From Candidatus Woesearchaeota archaeon (lineage in GTDB: Archaea; Nanobdellota; Nanobdellia; Woesearchaeales; JACPBV01): a DNA stretch of 64,000 nucleotides. This document shows positions 26,591 through 35,920 of this stretch, piece after piece (position 1 is the stretch's first letter; each line of letters begins with the position of its first letter). The stretch is from the NCBI GenBank assembly GCA_016180135.1, contig JACPBV010000007.1, forward strand, positions 41,248-105,247. Reading direction: 5' to 3'. The notes beneath the pieces are model-generated. The model ran no database searches, was not told where the DNA came from, and saw only the letters and a list, made by a program, of their open reading frames with translations. The position numbers and the translations under genes were made by a program.

Positions 26591-26929
26591 ATGAACGAAA
26601 AAACTGATGATATCTCCCGTGTTTTACAGTCGGTAAGGTCTGCCGAATCAGAGGCAAAGCAGATTATCGAACAGGCACGGGAAAGAGGAAAGCAAATTGT
26701 TACGGATGGCCATGCTCATTTCTTAAGGCTGAAGGAACAGAAGATAGCAGAGTCCAGGCTAAAAACCGAAGAGAGAAAAAAGAATCTTCTCGACGGACTG
26801 AAGGGGGAGCATGATAAGATTATAAAAGCATCTGTCCAGGAAGCCCAAAAGCTTGAATCTTCCGCCCAAAAGCACATTTCCAGAGCAGTCAATAAAGTTC
26901 TTGAAACCTTTGAAGCTGATATGCCATGA
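26591..26929 (+). CDS. atpH: A-type ATP synthase subunit H
   Basis: 112-aa charged coiled-coil protein immediately upstream of atpI, overlapping by 4 nt; position and size typical of ahaH. Confidence 0.6.
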   Translation: MNEKTDDISRVLQSVRSAESEAKQIIEQARERGKQIVTDGHAHFLRLKEQKIAESRLKTEERKKNLLDGLKGEHDKIIKASVQEAQKLESSAQKHISRAVNKVLETFEADMP

Positions 26930-28911
26930 ACCGCCAAGAGACTCCTGAACCGATGGCAAAACTTGTTATGATTACTCCTGAGTCTAAGCTAAAGCCGGTG
27001 ATCAGGGCGCTTCACGCTCTTGGCGCATTGCACATCGAAGAGCATAAAAAATCTGAAACCATGGATATAGGCTCACCGATGAAAGAGTCCGAACAGATAT
27101 CTTCTTTATTGGTCAGGATACGGTCCCTCCAGTCATCTTTAGCGCTGAGCCTCAAACCCGGCAGGGATTTAGGAGGGGATTTTGGCAGGGAACAAAAAGC
27201 GGATTTACACCGGAATTTAGGAAGGAGTGATAAAATCCAATCTGCCAAACAATCAAGTTCCCAGCAGCCGGGAAAAGATGCTTTTTCAGCCTCAAGAATC
27301 AGAGAGATGGAATCTTTTTACGGAAAGCTTGATAAGCAGCTTTCTATCCTTCAAGCTGAGTCCGATACGCTTAAGCAGGCTGTTTCCCAGCTTTCACTTG
27401 AGCTGAAGAATCTCAAAGAGATCGATGCGCTCGGCATTGACATCCCGTTTTTCTCAGGATTTAGCTCTCTCTCCTCATTTGTTGGGACTGTGAAGGCTGC
27501 TGAAGGGCTGCCTGAAAAGCTCGCCGATGCTATCTCTCAAGTGACTGCTGACTTTTCTCTCAGAATTGCCAATCATGAGCAGCCTCTTGTCGCAGTTTTT
27601 GTGAGAAAAGATGCGGAGAGGGGCGTCGCAGGAATCCTTGCAGAATTTGATTTTAAACCAATGGCAGTCCCTGTCCTGGGAAAGGGGGAGACCTTAAAGC
27701 AGGCCATAAAGGACAAGGCCCGGGAATTGGATCTTGCACAAAAGGGAGTAAAAGAAACACTTCTTGAGATATCCCAAATCGCACACCGGCAAAGTAAAAG
27801 GATGCTTCAGGACGAGGCTGTATTATCGGCAGAGATTGAGCGGCAGGAAGCCCCGTTACGATTCGGCCGGACTGATTTTGCCTATGTGGTGACAGGCTGG
27901 ATTCCGGAAAAGGACTGTAAAAGCTCGATGAAGGAGATCAGGAAAGCAGCTGCCGGAAAAATATTTATCGAAGCTTCTGAGCCCGGGCATCACGACAAAG
28001 TTCCTGTGAAGCTCCATAACAGCCCGGGAACAAGGCCTTTTGAGTTCTTCCTCAACCTTTATTCTCTCCCCTCTTACGGGGAAAAGGATCCCACGAAAAT
28101 AATCTCTATCCTGTTTCCTATCCTTTTTGGCTTTATGCTCGGAGATGTCGGCTACGGGATTGTCACCCTTGCCCTTTCTTATTACCTGAAGAAAAAATTC
28201 GGAGACCAGCAGCTTTTTGGGATCATCAAATATGCCTCAATCTCATCAATCTTCTTCGGAATCCTCTTCGGCGAATATTTTGGCTTCGAGGAATTTGGGC
28301 ATTTTGAGTTCTGGCATATCCTCAGCAGAGCGCATGACCTTACTGAGCTTGGAATCATCGCAATAGCGATCGGCTTCGTCCACCTGAACATCGGCCTTGG
28401 GCTGGGATTTTCAAATGTGCTCAGGCATCATGGCTTAAAGATGGCAATCTTTGAAAAGGGAAGCTGGTGGGTGCTCCAGGCCGGAGCGGCATTGATCGGG
28501 CTTTATCTTGCGAAACTGCTTCCAACAATCAGCCTTTATGCCGGAATATCTCTTATCCTTGCTTTTGCTGTTATGATTGTCAAAGGCGAGGGAATTAAGG
28601 GCCTTGTTGAGATGCCTGCGATCTTCAGCAATATGCTGAGCTATGCGAGGCTTATGGCCATCGGAGTATCGTCTGTAGAGCTTGCTATCGTCATCAACGA
28701 GCAGTCATTGGAGATGTTCCATAAAGGGGCTGCTGGTGTTATCGGCGGAATCCTGGTTTTGCTTGTCGGCCATTCCATCAATCTTGGCCTCGGCCTTCTT
28801 GGCTCATTTTTGCATTCGTTGAGGCTGCATTACGTGGAATTTTTCAGCAAATTTTTTACTGGCGGCGGCATGCGATACCAGCCTTTTGGGAAAAAAGAGG
28901 GGAGTGATTAG
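26926..28911 (+). CDS. atpI: A-type ATP synthase subunit I (a-subunit)
   Basis: Soluble coiled-coil N-terminal half, then a C-terminal domain of about 7 TM helices with the conserved Arg region (NMLSYARLMAIGVSS). Confidence 0.85.
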   Translation: MNRQETPEPMAKLVMITPESKLKPVIRALHALGALHIEEHKKSETMDIGSPMKESEQISSLLVRIRSLQSSLALSLKPGRDLGGDFGREQKADLHRNLGRSDKIQSAKQSSSQQPGKDAFSASRIREMESFYGKLDKQLSILQAESDTLKQAVSQLSLELKNLKEIDALGIDIPFFSGFSSLSSFVGTVKAAEGLPEKLADAISQVTADFSLRIANHEQPLVAVFVRKDAERGVAGILAEFDFKPMAVPVLGKGETLKQAIKDKARELDLAQKGVKETLLEISQIAHRQSKRMLQDEAVLSAEIERQEAPLRFGRTDFAYVVTGWIPEKDCKSSMKEIRKAAAGKIFIEASEPGHHDKVPVKLHNSPGTRPFEFFLNLYSLPSYGEKDPTKIISILFPILFGFMLGDVGYGIVTLALSYYLKKKFGDQQLFGIIKYASISSIFFGILFGEYFGFEEFGHFEFWHILSRAHDLTELGIIAIAIGFVHLNIGLGLGFSNVLRHHGLKMAIFEKGSWWVLQAGAALIGLYLAKLLPTISLYAGISLILAFAVMIVKGEGIKGLVEMPAIFSNMLSYARLMAIGVSSVELAIVINEQSLEMFHKGAAGVIGGILVLLVGHSINLGLGLLGSFLHSLRLHYVEFFSKFFTGGGMRYQPFGKKEGSD

Positions 28912-29088
28912 CGCTCAAGGTTTTATCGTTCAGGCCGGATAGATGAGGATGATGTTTATTAATCCAAACAGCATAAAGAAAATCGATAGGAAGGATATAA
29001 AATAATAACCATAAATAAACAATAAATAAACAATAAATTAATAATAAACATACAATAAATAAACAAAACCAATTGGAGGGAAAAGAAT

Positions 29089-29313
29089 ATGGCAGAAATC
29101 GGAAGCGCAATCATAGCAACAAGCGCTGCAGTTGCTATCGCTACAAGCGCATTTGCAGCAGCATGGGCGGAATACAAGATAGGAACAGCGGCAATAGGGG
29201 CGATGGCAGAAAAGGAGGAACTGTTCGGCAAAGGTTTGATTTTGACCGTCATTCCGGAAACAATTGTCATCTTTGGCCTTGTTGTGGCAATCCTTATCCT
29301 CGGAAAAATTTAG
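29089..29313 (+). CDS. atpK: A-type ATP synthase proteolipid subunit K (c-subunit)
   Basis: 74-aa two-helix hairpin; GAMAEKEE loop; conserved Glu in helix 2 (IPETIVIFGLVV). Confidence 0.85.
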   Translation: MAEIGSAIIATSAAVAIATSAFAAAWAEYKIGTAAIGAMAEKEELFGKGLILTVIPETIVIFGLVVAILILGKI

Positions 29314-29340
29314 CCGGGATAAGCCTATCTTGCTGCCAAT

Positions 29341-29432
29341 ATAGCAAAAGACACGAACATTTAGACAATAAACATGTCTTTTGCTATTACGAACGGACAA
29401 CTACTGTTCAATTATTTTTGTCCGTAAGTATA
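29341..29432 (+). promoter_or_regulatory. conserved bipartite intergenic module, copy 3 (atpK-atpE intergenic)
   Basis: ATAGCAAAAGACAC...GTCTTTTGCT hairpin, then ATTACGAACGGACAACTACTGTTCAATTATTTTTGTCCGTAAGTAT; ends about 22 nt upstream of the atpE ATG. Confidence 0.45.
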
Positions 29433-29453
29433 GTCCATATTATTGGGGAGCCA

Positions 29454-30023
29454 ATGGGACTCGAGAACGTAAGGGTTGAGATCCTTGCATCCGCAAGGAA
29501 GGAAGCTGAAGCTGTCATCGCTAAAGCAAACGCTGAAGTCAGCGAGATCGCTAAGCGGGTGAAGCAGGAGATTGATGCTGAGAAGGAAAAAAGCGCAGCA
29601 AAGATGGATGCTGAGCTGAAACTGCTCAGGGAGAATGATCTCTCGAAGGCAAGGCTTGAGGCCCGCAAGACAGTCCTTCACATGAAGAGCCGCCTTATCG
29701 AAGAAGTATTTGCGAAGGCAAAGAAAGAGCTTGAGCATTCAGGAAAAGAAGCGAGGAAAAAGCACCTGGCATGGTTGTTATCAAAGGCAAAAGAGGAGAT
29801 GAGCATACGATATATTGAGCTGAACAGGCACGATATCGGGCTGCTCCAGAGCGGAGAGATGGGGGGGATTGAGGCAAAGGAATCAAAGATTATCGGAGGA
29901 TTGATCGCCCATAATGCCGAAGGCACCTTGTCCCTTGAACTGAGCTATGAAGCCTGCCTTGCTGACGTGAGGGAAAAATCCGTCGGGGATATTGCCGAAA
30001 TCCTGTTCGGCGGGGGGCGCTGA
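29454..30023 (+). CDS. atpE: A-type ATP synthase subunit E
   Basis: MGLENVRVEILASARKEAEAVIAKANAEVSEIAKRVKQEIDAEKEK...; about 190 aa coiled coil plus globular C-terminus in operon position; the ORF-track extension back to 29073 is not credible. Confidence 0.8.
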   Translation: MGLENVRVEILASARKEAEAVIAKANAEVSEIAKRVKQEIDAEKEKSAAKMDAELKLLRENDLSKARLEARKTVLHMKSRLIEEVFAKAKKELEHSGKEARKKHLAWLLSKAKEEMSIRYIELNRHDIGLLQSGEMGGIEAKESKIIGGLIAHNAEGTLSLELSYEACLADVREKSVGDIAEILFGGGR

Positions 30024-30024
30024 T

Positions 30025-31131
30025 ATGGCAAGCCGACTAAGAAAATTGTTTCAGTTCAGGAGGAGAGTAAGGCTTGGAGAGTTCCCCTATACCTATGTCA
30101 GAGTCAGCGTTATGCGCTCATCTCTATACAAGAAATCTGAATATGACAAGATCCTGAAAATGTCTTTCGGAGAAATCAGCAGATTCATGCAGGATTCCAC
30201 CTACAGCGAGGATGTGTCTGCATTTGGCGTGTCCACTTCCGGACTTGAGCTCATCGAAAAAGCCACAAACAGAAACCTTGTGCGGACCTTTGAAAAACTG
30301 AGAAGAATCTCCCCGCCTGAGCTGCAGAGCCTGATAGGACTTTATCTTGGAAGATTTGACACCTACAATCTCAAATCAATATTAAGAGGGATATACTCCG
30401 GAAAGCCGAAAGAGCAGGTTATGGAAGCTATGGTCTTCGCCGGCGCATTAAAAGAGGGAGATTTCAAAGGGATGCTTGATGCAGAAACAATTCCCGACGC
30501 TATCGCAGGGATGCCTAAGATGGAAAAAAGGCAAAAGGAGACCCTTGCAAAAGCATTCATGGAAAAAGGAAATCTCATCGAAGTTGAGAATTTTCTGGAC
30601 AAACTCTACTTTTCGCATGTCCTTGATTCGATAAGCCTGTTTTCCGGCCAGGGAAAGCTGTTCAGGGAATTTATGGCTGAAGAGATCGGCATCCTCAATA
30701 TGATGACGTTCTTAAAATTAAAGAAGAAAGGGCTTTCAAACAGAGAAATTAAGAATATGCTTGTTGACACCGAATCCATCCTCCAATCCAGCGGCAAAGC
30801 TTCATTACTTTTGGGGCATCTGCTCTCTACCCATTCAGACGAGGGTATCATCAATCTGCTGCAGCAGTCCGAATATGGCAGTTTTTTGACGCCTGAATCA
30901 ATCCAGGGGGGTAAAATATCAGATATCTCCCTGACTTCGCTTGAGGAGCAGCTTCATGCCTACCTCCTGCGGAAATCTATGCTGCTCCAGCACCAGAATC
31001 CCCTAAGTGTGGATGTCATCCTGGGATTTATGTTCGCTAAAGAGATGGAAGTGCGGAACCTGAGGCTGCTGGCAAAGGCAAAAGGGATGGGGCTTCCTGA
31101 AGAGAGGATTTTTAAGCATCTGGTGATGTAA
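30025..31131 (+). CDS. atpC: A-type ATP synthase subunit C (central-stalk d-subunit homolog)
   Basis: ATG 1 nt after the atpE stop; all-helical protein of about 370 aa in operon position. Confidence 0.8.
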   Translation: MASRLRKLFQFRRRVRLGEFPYTYVRVSVMRSSLYKKSEYDKILKMSFGEISRFMQDSTYSEDVSAFGVSTSGLELIEKATNRNLVRTFEKLRRISPPELQSLIGLYLGRFDTYNLKSILRGIYSGKPKEQVMEAMVFAGALKEGDFKGMLDAETIPDAIAGMPKMEKRQKETLAKAFMEKGNLIEVENFLDKLYFSHVLDSISLFSGQGKLFREFMAEEIGILNMMTFLKLKKKGLSNREIKNMLVDTESILQSSGKASLLLGHLLSTHSDEGIINLLQQSEYGSFLTPESIQGGKISDISLTSLEEQLHAYLLRKSMLLQHQNPLSVDVILGFMFAKEMEVRNLRLLAKAKGMGLPEERIFKHLVM

Positions 31132-31283
31132 CAATTACGGTGACCCTGGTAGGGATGATGGCAGTAATGATTGCATTGATAATAGCAGCGACGATGGAAG
31201 GAACATCAAATATGGCGGGAACATAAAATAGGGAAGGAACCTCCAAAAGGGAATGAACACCTAAAAGGGAATGAGCACCAAAA

Positions 31284-31691
31284 ATGGGAGGGACAGAAAT
31301 GGCAGGGACAGGAAGTGGGCAGGGCAATCGTGCTCCAGCTCATCAAATTGGCAAGAAAGGACAACAAGCGCAAACTTCACAATATCGATCTGGAGATTCA
31401 ATAGCGGTCTTCGGCACAAAGGAATTCAACCTGGGTTTTATGCTTGCCGGCATCAAAAAAGTTTTTAACTCGAGCGATGAGCCGGACAATGAGTTCAGGG
31501 CTTTGGCCTCAGACCATTCGATCAACATGGCAGTCATCGAAGATGATGTTGCAAGAAAGCTAAGCCCATTGCGCCGGAGGACAGTTGAAACATCCATCAA
31601 GCCAGTCTTTGTCACGCTGTCAAGATCCATGAGCGATGACGCACTGAAGCAGATGATCAAGCGCTCGATAGGAGTTGATCTGTGGAAATAA
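31284..31691 (+). CDS. atpF: A-type ATP synthase subunit F with low-complexity N-terminal extension
   Basis: Core SIAVFGTKEFNLGFMLAGIKKVF...AVIEDDVARKL matches subunit F; preceded by about 35 aa of Gly/Gln-rich sequence. Confidence 0.75.
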   Translation: MGGTEMAGTGSGQGNRAPAHQIGKKGQQAQTSQYRSGDSIAVFGTKEFNLGFMLAGIKKVFNSSDEPDNEFRALASDHSINMAVIEDDVARKLSPLRRRTVETSIKPVFVTLSRSMSDDALKQMIKRSIGVDLWK

Positions 31692-31730
31692 ACTGCCTAA
31701 TTAAAAAACTAGGGAGATATCATTCAAAAA

Positions 31731-31838
31731 AATTCAACAACATCGGCGAGGCGAGGTCGGGGGTCGCCCCATCGGGGTGACCGAGCAGGGCAAAATTTCT
31801 CAAAGAAATTTTGACCGTCGAGCCCGTTGTTGTTGAAT
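31731..31838. repeat. MITE-like palindromic element A (TIR AATTCAACAACA), atpF-atpA intergenic
   Basis: AATTCAACAACATCGGCGAGGCGAGGTCGGGGGTCGCCCCATCGGGGTGACCGAGCAGGGCAAAATTTCTCAAAGAAATTTTGACCGTCGAGCCCGTTGTTGTTGAATT; the sequence is self-complementary. Confidence 0.7.
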
Positions 31839-31888
31839 TTTTAAATCGGTAAAACTGCAGCTGGAAAATAAGTTTTATTTACAAAAGA

Positions 31889-33763
31889 TTGGATGGTGAG
31901 AATCTTATGAGCAAAGCAACGATCATTAAAGGAGAAGTAAACAAAGGAACAGCCAGCGATGGAACTTCCAGCGATGGAAATCCCGGCAATCGGGAAGACA
32001 GCAAAGGAACAATCTCCAAGCGAACAATAGGAAAAGGAACCATATTCAGGGTAGCAGGGCCGGTGATCGAGGCAAAGAACATTGACGCTAAGATGTATGA
32101 CGTTGTCATTGTCGGCAAGGAGAGGCTGATGGGCGAGGTCATCAGGATTCAGGAAGAGCTGACGACGATACAGGTCTATGAGGATACTTCAAACATCAAG
32201 CCCGGCGAAGATGTTGAAGTGACGGGGATGCCGCTGTCAGTCGAGCTTGGGCCCGGATTATTGTCAAGCATCTACGACGGGATACAGAGGCCGCTGCCTG
32301 TCCTTAGGGACCAGATGGGCGATTTCATCAAAAGAGGGGTTCAGGCGCCGGGGCTTGACCACAAAAAGAAATGGGAATTCAAGGCTGCTGCAAAGAAAGG
32401 CGATGAGGTGAAGGGGGGTGCTGTCATCGGGACTGTCGAGGAGATGCCGGGCATTGTGCACAAGATAATGGTTAAGCCGGACGTTCATGGGAAGATTGAG
32501 TCTATCAAAAGCGGCAGTTTTACTGTCGATGAAGCTGTCGGGGAACTGGAGGACGGCACAGAGCTGAAGCTCTTCCACCAGTGGCCGGTCAGGATACCGA
32601 GGCCTGTTGCAAAAAAGCTGATGCCGGAAACACCGCTTGTCACAGGGCAAAGGGTGATTGACGGATTATTCCCGGTAGCAAAAGGGGGCGTTGCTGCGAT
32701 CCCTGGGCCGTTCGGAGCAGGAAAAACGGTTTCCCAGCAACAATTGGCAAAATGGTCTGACGCTGACATCATCGTCTATATCGGCTGCGGCGAGCGTGGG
32801 AATGAGATGACAGAAGTCCTCACAGAATTTCCCCATCTTACCGACCCAAAATCGGGGAAGCCCCTGATGAACAGGACGGTGCTGATCGCCAATACCTCCA
32901 ATATGCCGGTCGCAGCCCGTGAGGCATCAGTCTATACGGGAATCACCATCGCAGAATATTTCAGGGATATGGGCTATGATGTTGCGCTGATGGCAGACTC
33001 CACTTCACGCTGGGCGGAAGCGATGAGGGAGATCTCGTCAAGGCTTGAGGAGATGCCCGGGGAAGAGGGGTATCCTGCCTATCTTTCGACAAGGCTTGCT
33101 GAATTTTACGAACGGGCAGGGCGAGTCATCCCTTTAGGAACTGACAAGGCCGGCTCAGTCACGGTCATCGGGGCAGTCAGCCCTCCCGGAGGAGATTTTT
33201 CAGAGCCGGTCACCCAGGGAACGCTGAGAGTAATCAAGACATTCTGGGCGCTTGATGCGAAGCTTGCACAGAGAAGGCATTTTCCGTCGATAAACTGGCT
33301 GACAAGCTATTCCCTCTATCAGGATACGCTCTCAGGATGGTTCAACAAAGAAATTGCGCCCGACTGGTCTGACAGGGTCAGGCAGATGAAGACGCTCCTG
33401 CAGGAAGAGGAAAAATTGCTGGAGATCGTCCAGCTTGTCGGCTCTGATGCGCTGCCGGAGAAGCAGCAAATCACGCTTGAGACTGCCCGGCTCATCAGGG
33501 AGTTTTTTCTCCAGCAGAACGCATACCATGAGGTGGATACTTACTGTGATTTAAAAAAGGCATACAGGACGATGGGATTGATACTCCAGTTTGGGCAAAA
33601 GGCGCAGGAGGCACTTGGCAAAGGCGCTGACATCCAGCGGATCCTTGGCATCAAGACAAAAGACAGGATCGGAGAAGTGAAGTTTGACAAGAACCATGAC
33701 GCTCTTCTCAATTTGCTTGAAGCCGAGATGAGGAAAGAGTTTGATGCGGTGGGGGCTGAATAA
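31889..33763 (+). CDS. atpA: A-type ATP synthase catalytic subunit A, with low-complexity N-terminal extension
   Basis: Walker [10 protein letters not shown]; GERGNEM; family-typical [14 protein letters not shown]-terminus, preceded by about 45 aa of KGT/SDG-repeat sequence. Confidence 0.95.
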   Translation: MDGENLMSKATIIKGEVNKGTASDGTSSDGNPGNREDSKGTISKRTIGKGTIFRVAGPVIEAKNIDAKMYDVVIVGKERLMGEVIRIQEELTTIQVYEDTSNIKPGEDVEVTGMPLSVELGPGLLSSIYDGIQRPLPVLRDQMGDFIKRGVQAPGLDHKKKWEFKAAAKKGDEVKGGAVIGTVEEMPGIVHKIMVKPDVHGKIESIKSGSFTVDEAVGELEDGTELKLFHQWPVRIPRPVAKKLMPETPLVTGQRVIDGLFPVAKGGVAAIPGPFGAGKTVSQQQLAKWSDADIIVYIGCGERGNEMTEVLTEFPHLTDPKSGKPLMNRTVLIANTSNMPVAAREASVYTGITIAEYFRDMGYDVALMADSTSRWAEAMREISSRLEEMPGEEGYPAYLSTRLAEFYERAGRVIPLGTDKAGSVTVIGAVSPPGGDFSEPVTQGTLRVIKTFWALDAKLAQRRHFPSINWLTSYSLYQDTLSGWFNKEIAPDWSDRVRQMKTLLQEEEKLLEIVQLVGSDALPEKQQITLETARLIREFFLQQNAYHEVDTYCDLKKAYRTMGLILQFGQKAQEALGKGADIQRILGIKTKDRIGEVKFDKNHDALLNLLEAEMRKEFDAVGAE

Positions 33764-33807
33764 GATGATAGGCTCTGAATCAATAAGCTCTGAATTGGCA
33801 GTTAAAA

Positions 33808-33918
33808 AATTCAACAACAACAATGGGCTCGACGGTCAAAATTTCTCAGAGAAATTTTGCCCTGCTCGGTCACCCCGATGGGGCAACCCCCGACCTCGCC
33901 TCGCCGATGTTGTTGAAT
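33808..33918. repeat. MITE-like palindromic element B, an inverted copy of element A downstream of atpA
   Basis: The reverse complement differs from 31731-31838 at only a few positions; elements A and B flank atpA in inverted orientation. Confidence 0.7.
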
Positions 33919-33964
33919 TTTCTGGATGTTCTTTTTCATATAAACGATGCGTAGGTGGTAACTT

Positions 33965-34098
33965 ATGAAGGCAGACTCACTGTCGTTCGCAGCCTTCATT
34001 TTGAAGGCAATGTTCAGGGAGGTAGTTCAAAATGAAAGCAGACTCACTGTCGTTCGTAGCCTTCATTTTGAAGGCAATGTTCAAGGAGGTAGTTCAAA
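33965..34098 (+). repeat. perfect-to-near-perfect tandem duplication (2 x 67 bp) of the atpB start region
   Basis: Each unit reads ATGAA(G/A)GCAGACTCACTGTCGTTCG(C/T)AGCCTTCATTTTGAAGGCAATGTTCA(G/A)GGAGGTAGTTCAAA; each carries its own SD plus ATG and a TGAAGGC...GCCTTCA hairpin; this creates upstream ORFs of 45 and 26 codons ending at or overlapping the atpB ATG. Confidence 0.8.
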
Positions 34099-35598
34099 AT
34101 GAAAGAGTATAAAACAATCACGAGAATTGAAGGGCCGCTGGTTTTTGTGGCTAAGACTGAGCCTATCGGGTATGGGGAGATCGCTAAGATACGGCTGCCT
34201 AATGGGGAGATCAAGAATGGGCAGGTCCTTGATACTTCTGATGACATCGTTGTTGTCCAGGTGTTTGAAGGCACTCGGGGGATTGACAAGAACGCAACTA
34301 TCAAATTTCTTGGGGATACAATCAAGCTGGCAGTCAGCGAAGATATGCTTGGGAGGATCCTGGACGGGAAGGGGGAGCCTCTTGACAACGGGCCTTCTAT
34401 CATCCCTGAAAAGAAGATGGAGATCATCGGCGCAGCAATCAATCCTTACGCAAGGGACAGCCCGGGGGATTTCATCCAGACAGGGATTTCGACGATCGAT
34501 GCGATGAACACGCTGGTCAGGGGGCAGAAGCTGCCGATTTTTTCCGGCTCGGGGCTGCCGCACAATGAGATTGCGCTCCAGATAGCGAGGCAGGCAAAAG
34601 TGCTTGGCATGAAGGAGAAGTTTGTCGTTGTCTTTGCAGCGATGGGGATCACCAATGAGGAAGCCCAGCATTTCATCAGGGATTTTGAGCAGACAGGGGC
34701 TATCGAGAGGAGCGTCGTGTTTTTGAATCTTGCAGATGACCCCGCTGTCGAAAGGCTGATCACGCCAAGGATGGCGCTTACAACGGCAGAATACTTTGCC
34801 TACGACAAAGACATGCACGTCCTTGTCATCCTGACAGACCTTACCAATTACTGCGAGTCACTGAGGGAGATAGGCTCTGCCCGTGAGGAGATTCCGGGAA
34901 GGAGAGGGTATCCCGGCTATATGTATACTGACCTTGCGACTATCTATGAGCGGGCAGGGATCATCAAAGGGAGGAAAGGCTCAATCACCCAATTCCCCAT
35001 CCTCACCATGGTCGGGGATGATATCACTCATCCTATCGCTGACCTCACCGGCTATATCACTGAAGGGCAGATTGTGCTGAGCAGGGAGCTGCATACCAAA
35101 GGATTCTATCCTCCTGTTGATGTGCTTCCTTCGCTTTCCAGGCTGATGAATCTTGGTATCGGAAAGCAAAAGACCAGAGAAGACCATAAGCAGGTTTCTG
35201 ACCAATGCTATGCCGGCTATGCTGAAGGGCGTGACTTGCGAGGGCTTGTCGCTATCGTCGGTGAAGATGCGCTTTCTGATAAGGACAAAAGGCTGCTGAA
35301 GTTTGCTGAAGCGTTCGAGAAAGAATTTGTGACCCAGGGAAAGCACGAAGACAGAGATATTTCCAGAACCCTTGACCTTGCCTGGGAGCTGCTGGGGATG
35401 CTGCACAAGGAAGACCTCACAAGGATTTCACCTGAGCTGAAGAATAAATATTACAAAGCGCGATGGCTGGACGCTCCCTTAAGTGAGGAATCAAAAGAAG
35501 CGGGCAAAAAGGAAGCTGTTGGGAAGGAAGAATCCAGGACAAAAGTCTCTGTAAGGAAGCCTTTGCAGGGGATGGATGAAGAAGATACCAAAGAGTGA
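34099..35598 (+). CDS. atpB: A-type ATP synthase regulatory subunit B, with charged C-terminal extension
   Basis: Collinear with archaeal AtpB ([19 protein letters not shown]; [22 protein letters not shown]); about 40 extra C-terminal residues are rich in K/E. Confidence 0.95.
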   Translation: MKEYKTITRIEGPLVFVAKTEPIGYGEIAKIRLPNGEIKNGQVLDTSDDIVVVQVFEGTRGIDKNATIKFLGDTIKLAVSEDMLGRILDGKGEPLDNGPSIIPEKKMEIIGAAINPYARDSPGDFIQTGISTIDAMNTLVRGQKLPIFSGSGLPHNEIALQIARQAKVLGMKEKFVVVFAAMGITNEEAQHFIRDFEQTGAIERSVVFLNLADDPAVERLITPRMALTTAEYFAYDKDMHVLVILTDLTNYCESLREIGSAREEIPGRRGYPGYMYTDLATIYERAGIIKGRKGSITQFPILTMVGDDITHPIADLTGYITEGQIVLSRELHTKGFYPPVDVLPSLSRLMNLGIGKQKTREDHKQVSDQCYAGYAEGRDLRGLVAIVGEDALSDKDKRLLKFAEAFEKEFVTQGKHEDRDISRTLDLAWELLGMLHKEDLTRISPELKNKYYKARWLDAPLSEESKEAGKKEAVGKEESRTKVSVRKPLQGMDEEDTKE

Positions 35599-35734
35599 TA
35601 AAATATAGGCCGTAAAAAAGGGAAAAATAAAAGGAAAATAACATCATTAATAAAAGGAAAATAACATCATTAAGAATGGATAAATGCCCTAAAGTTAGGG
35701 GTTATACAAGACTCAGACTGCATTTCATAAACGC

Positions 35735-35853
35735 CCAACAACAAAAATGGGCTCAAACACGGTCGTGCTCCGCACGCCCTACTCACAAAGGATTTTCCCG
35801 AACTTCGTAGCGGGAAAATCCTCTGCATTCGAGTTTTCGGCCATTGTTGTTGG
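35735..35853. repeat. MITE-like palindromic element C (related TIR CCCAACAACAAAAATGGGCTC ... GGCCATTGTTGTTGGG)
   Basis: Shares the CAACAACA terminal inverted repeat and adjacent ATGGGCTC with elements A and B; internal perfect hairpin GGATTTTCCCG...CGGGAAAATCC. Confidence 0.6.
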
Positions 35854-35874
35854 GCTGAATGTTTAAAGCGGTTT

Positions 35875-35920
35875 GAATGCAACCATTCCATCAGGTCTTT
35901 GACCGTGGTGGTCGGATTTT
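35875..35920. repeat. 'AATGCAACCATTCC' repeat family, truncated copy
   Basis: GAATGCAACCATTCCATCAGGTCTTTGACCGT matches 5313 and 56625. Confidence 0.6.

Noticed and set aside
29073-29453. Long N-terminal extension of atpE in the ORF track (316-aa ORF starting inside atpK on another frame)
   Set aside because: The extension overlaps atpK and the conserved intergenic module. The family-typical start MGLENVRVEIL at 29454 has a GGGGAG SD.
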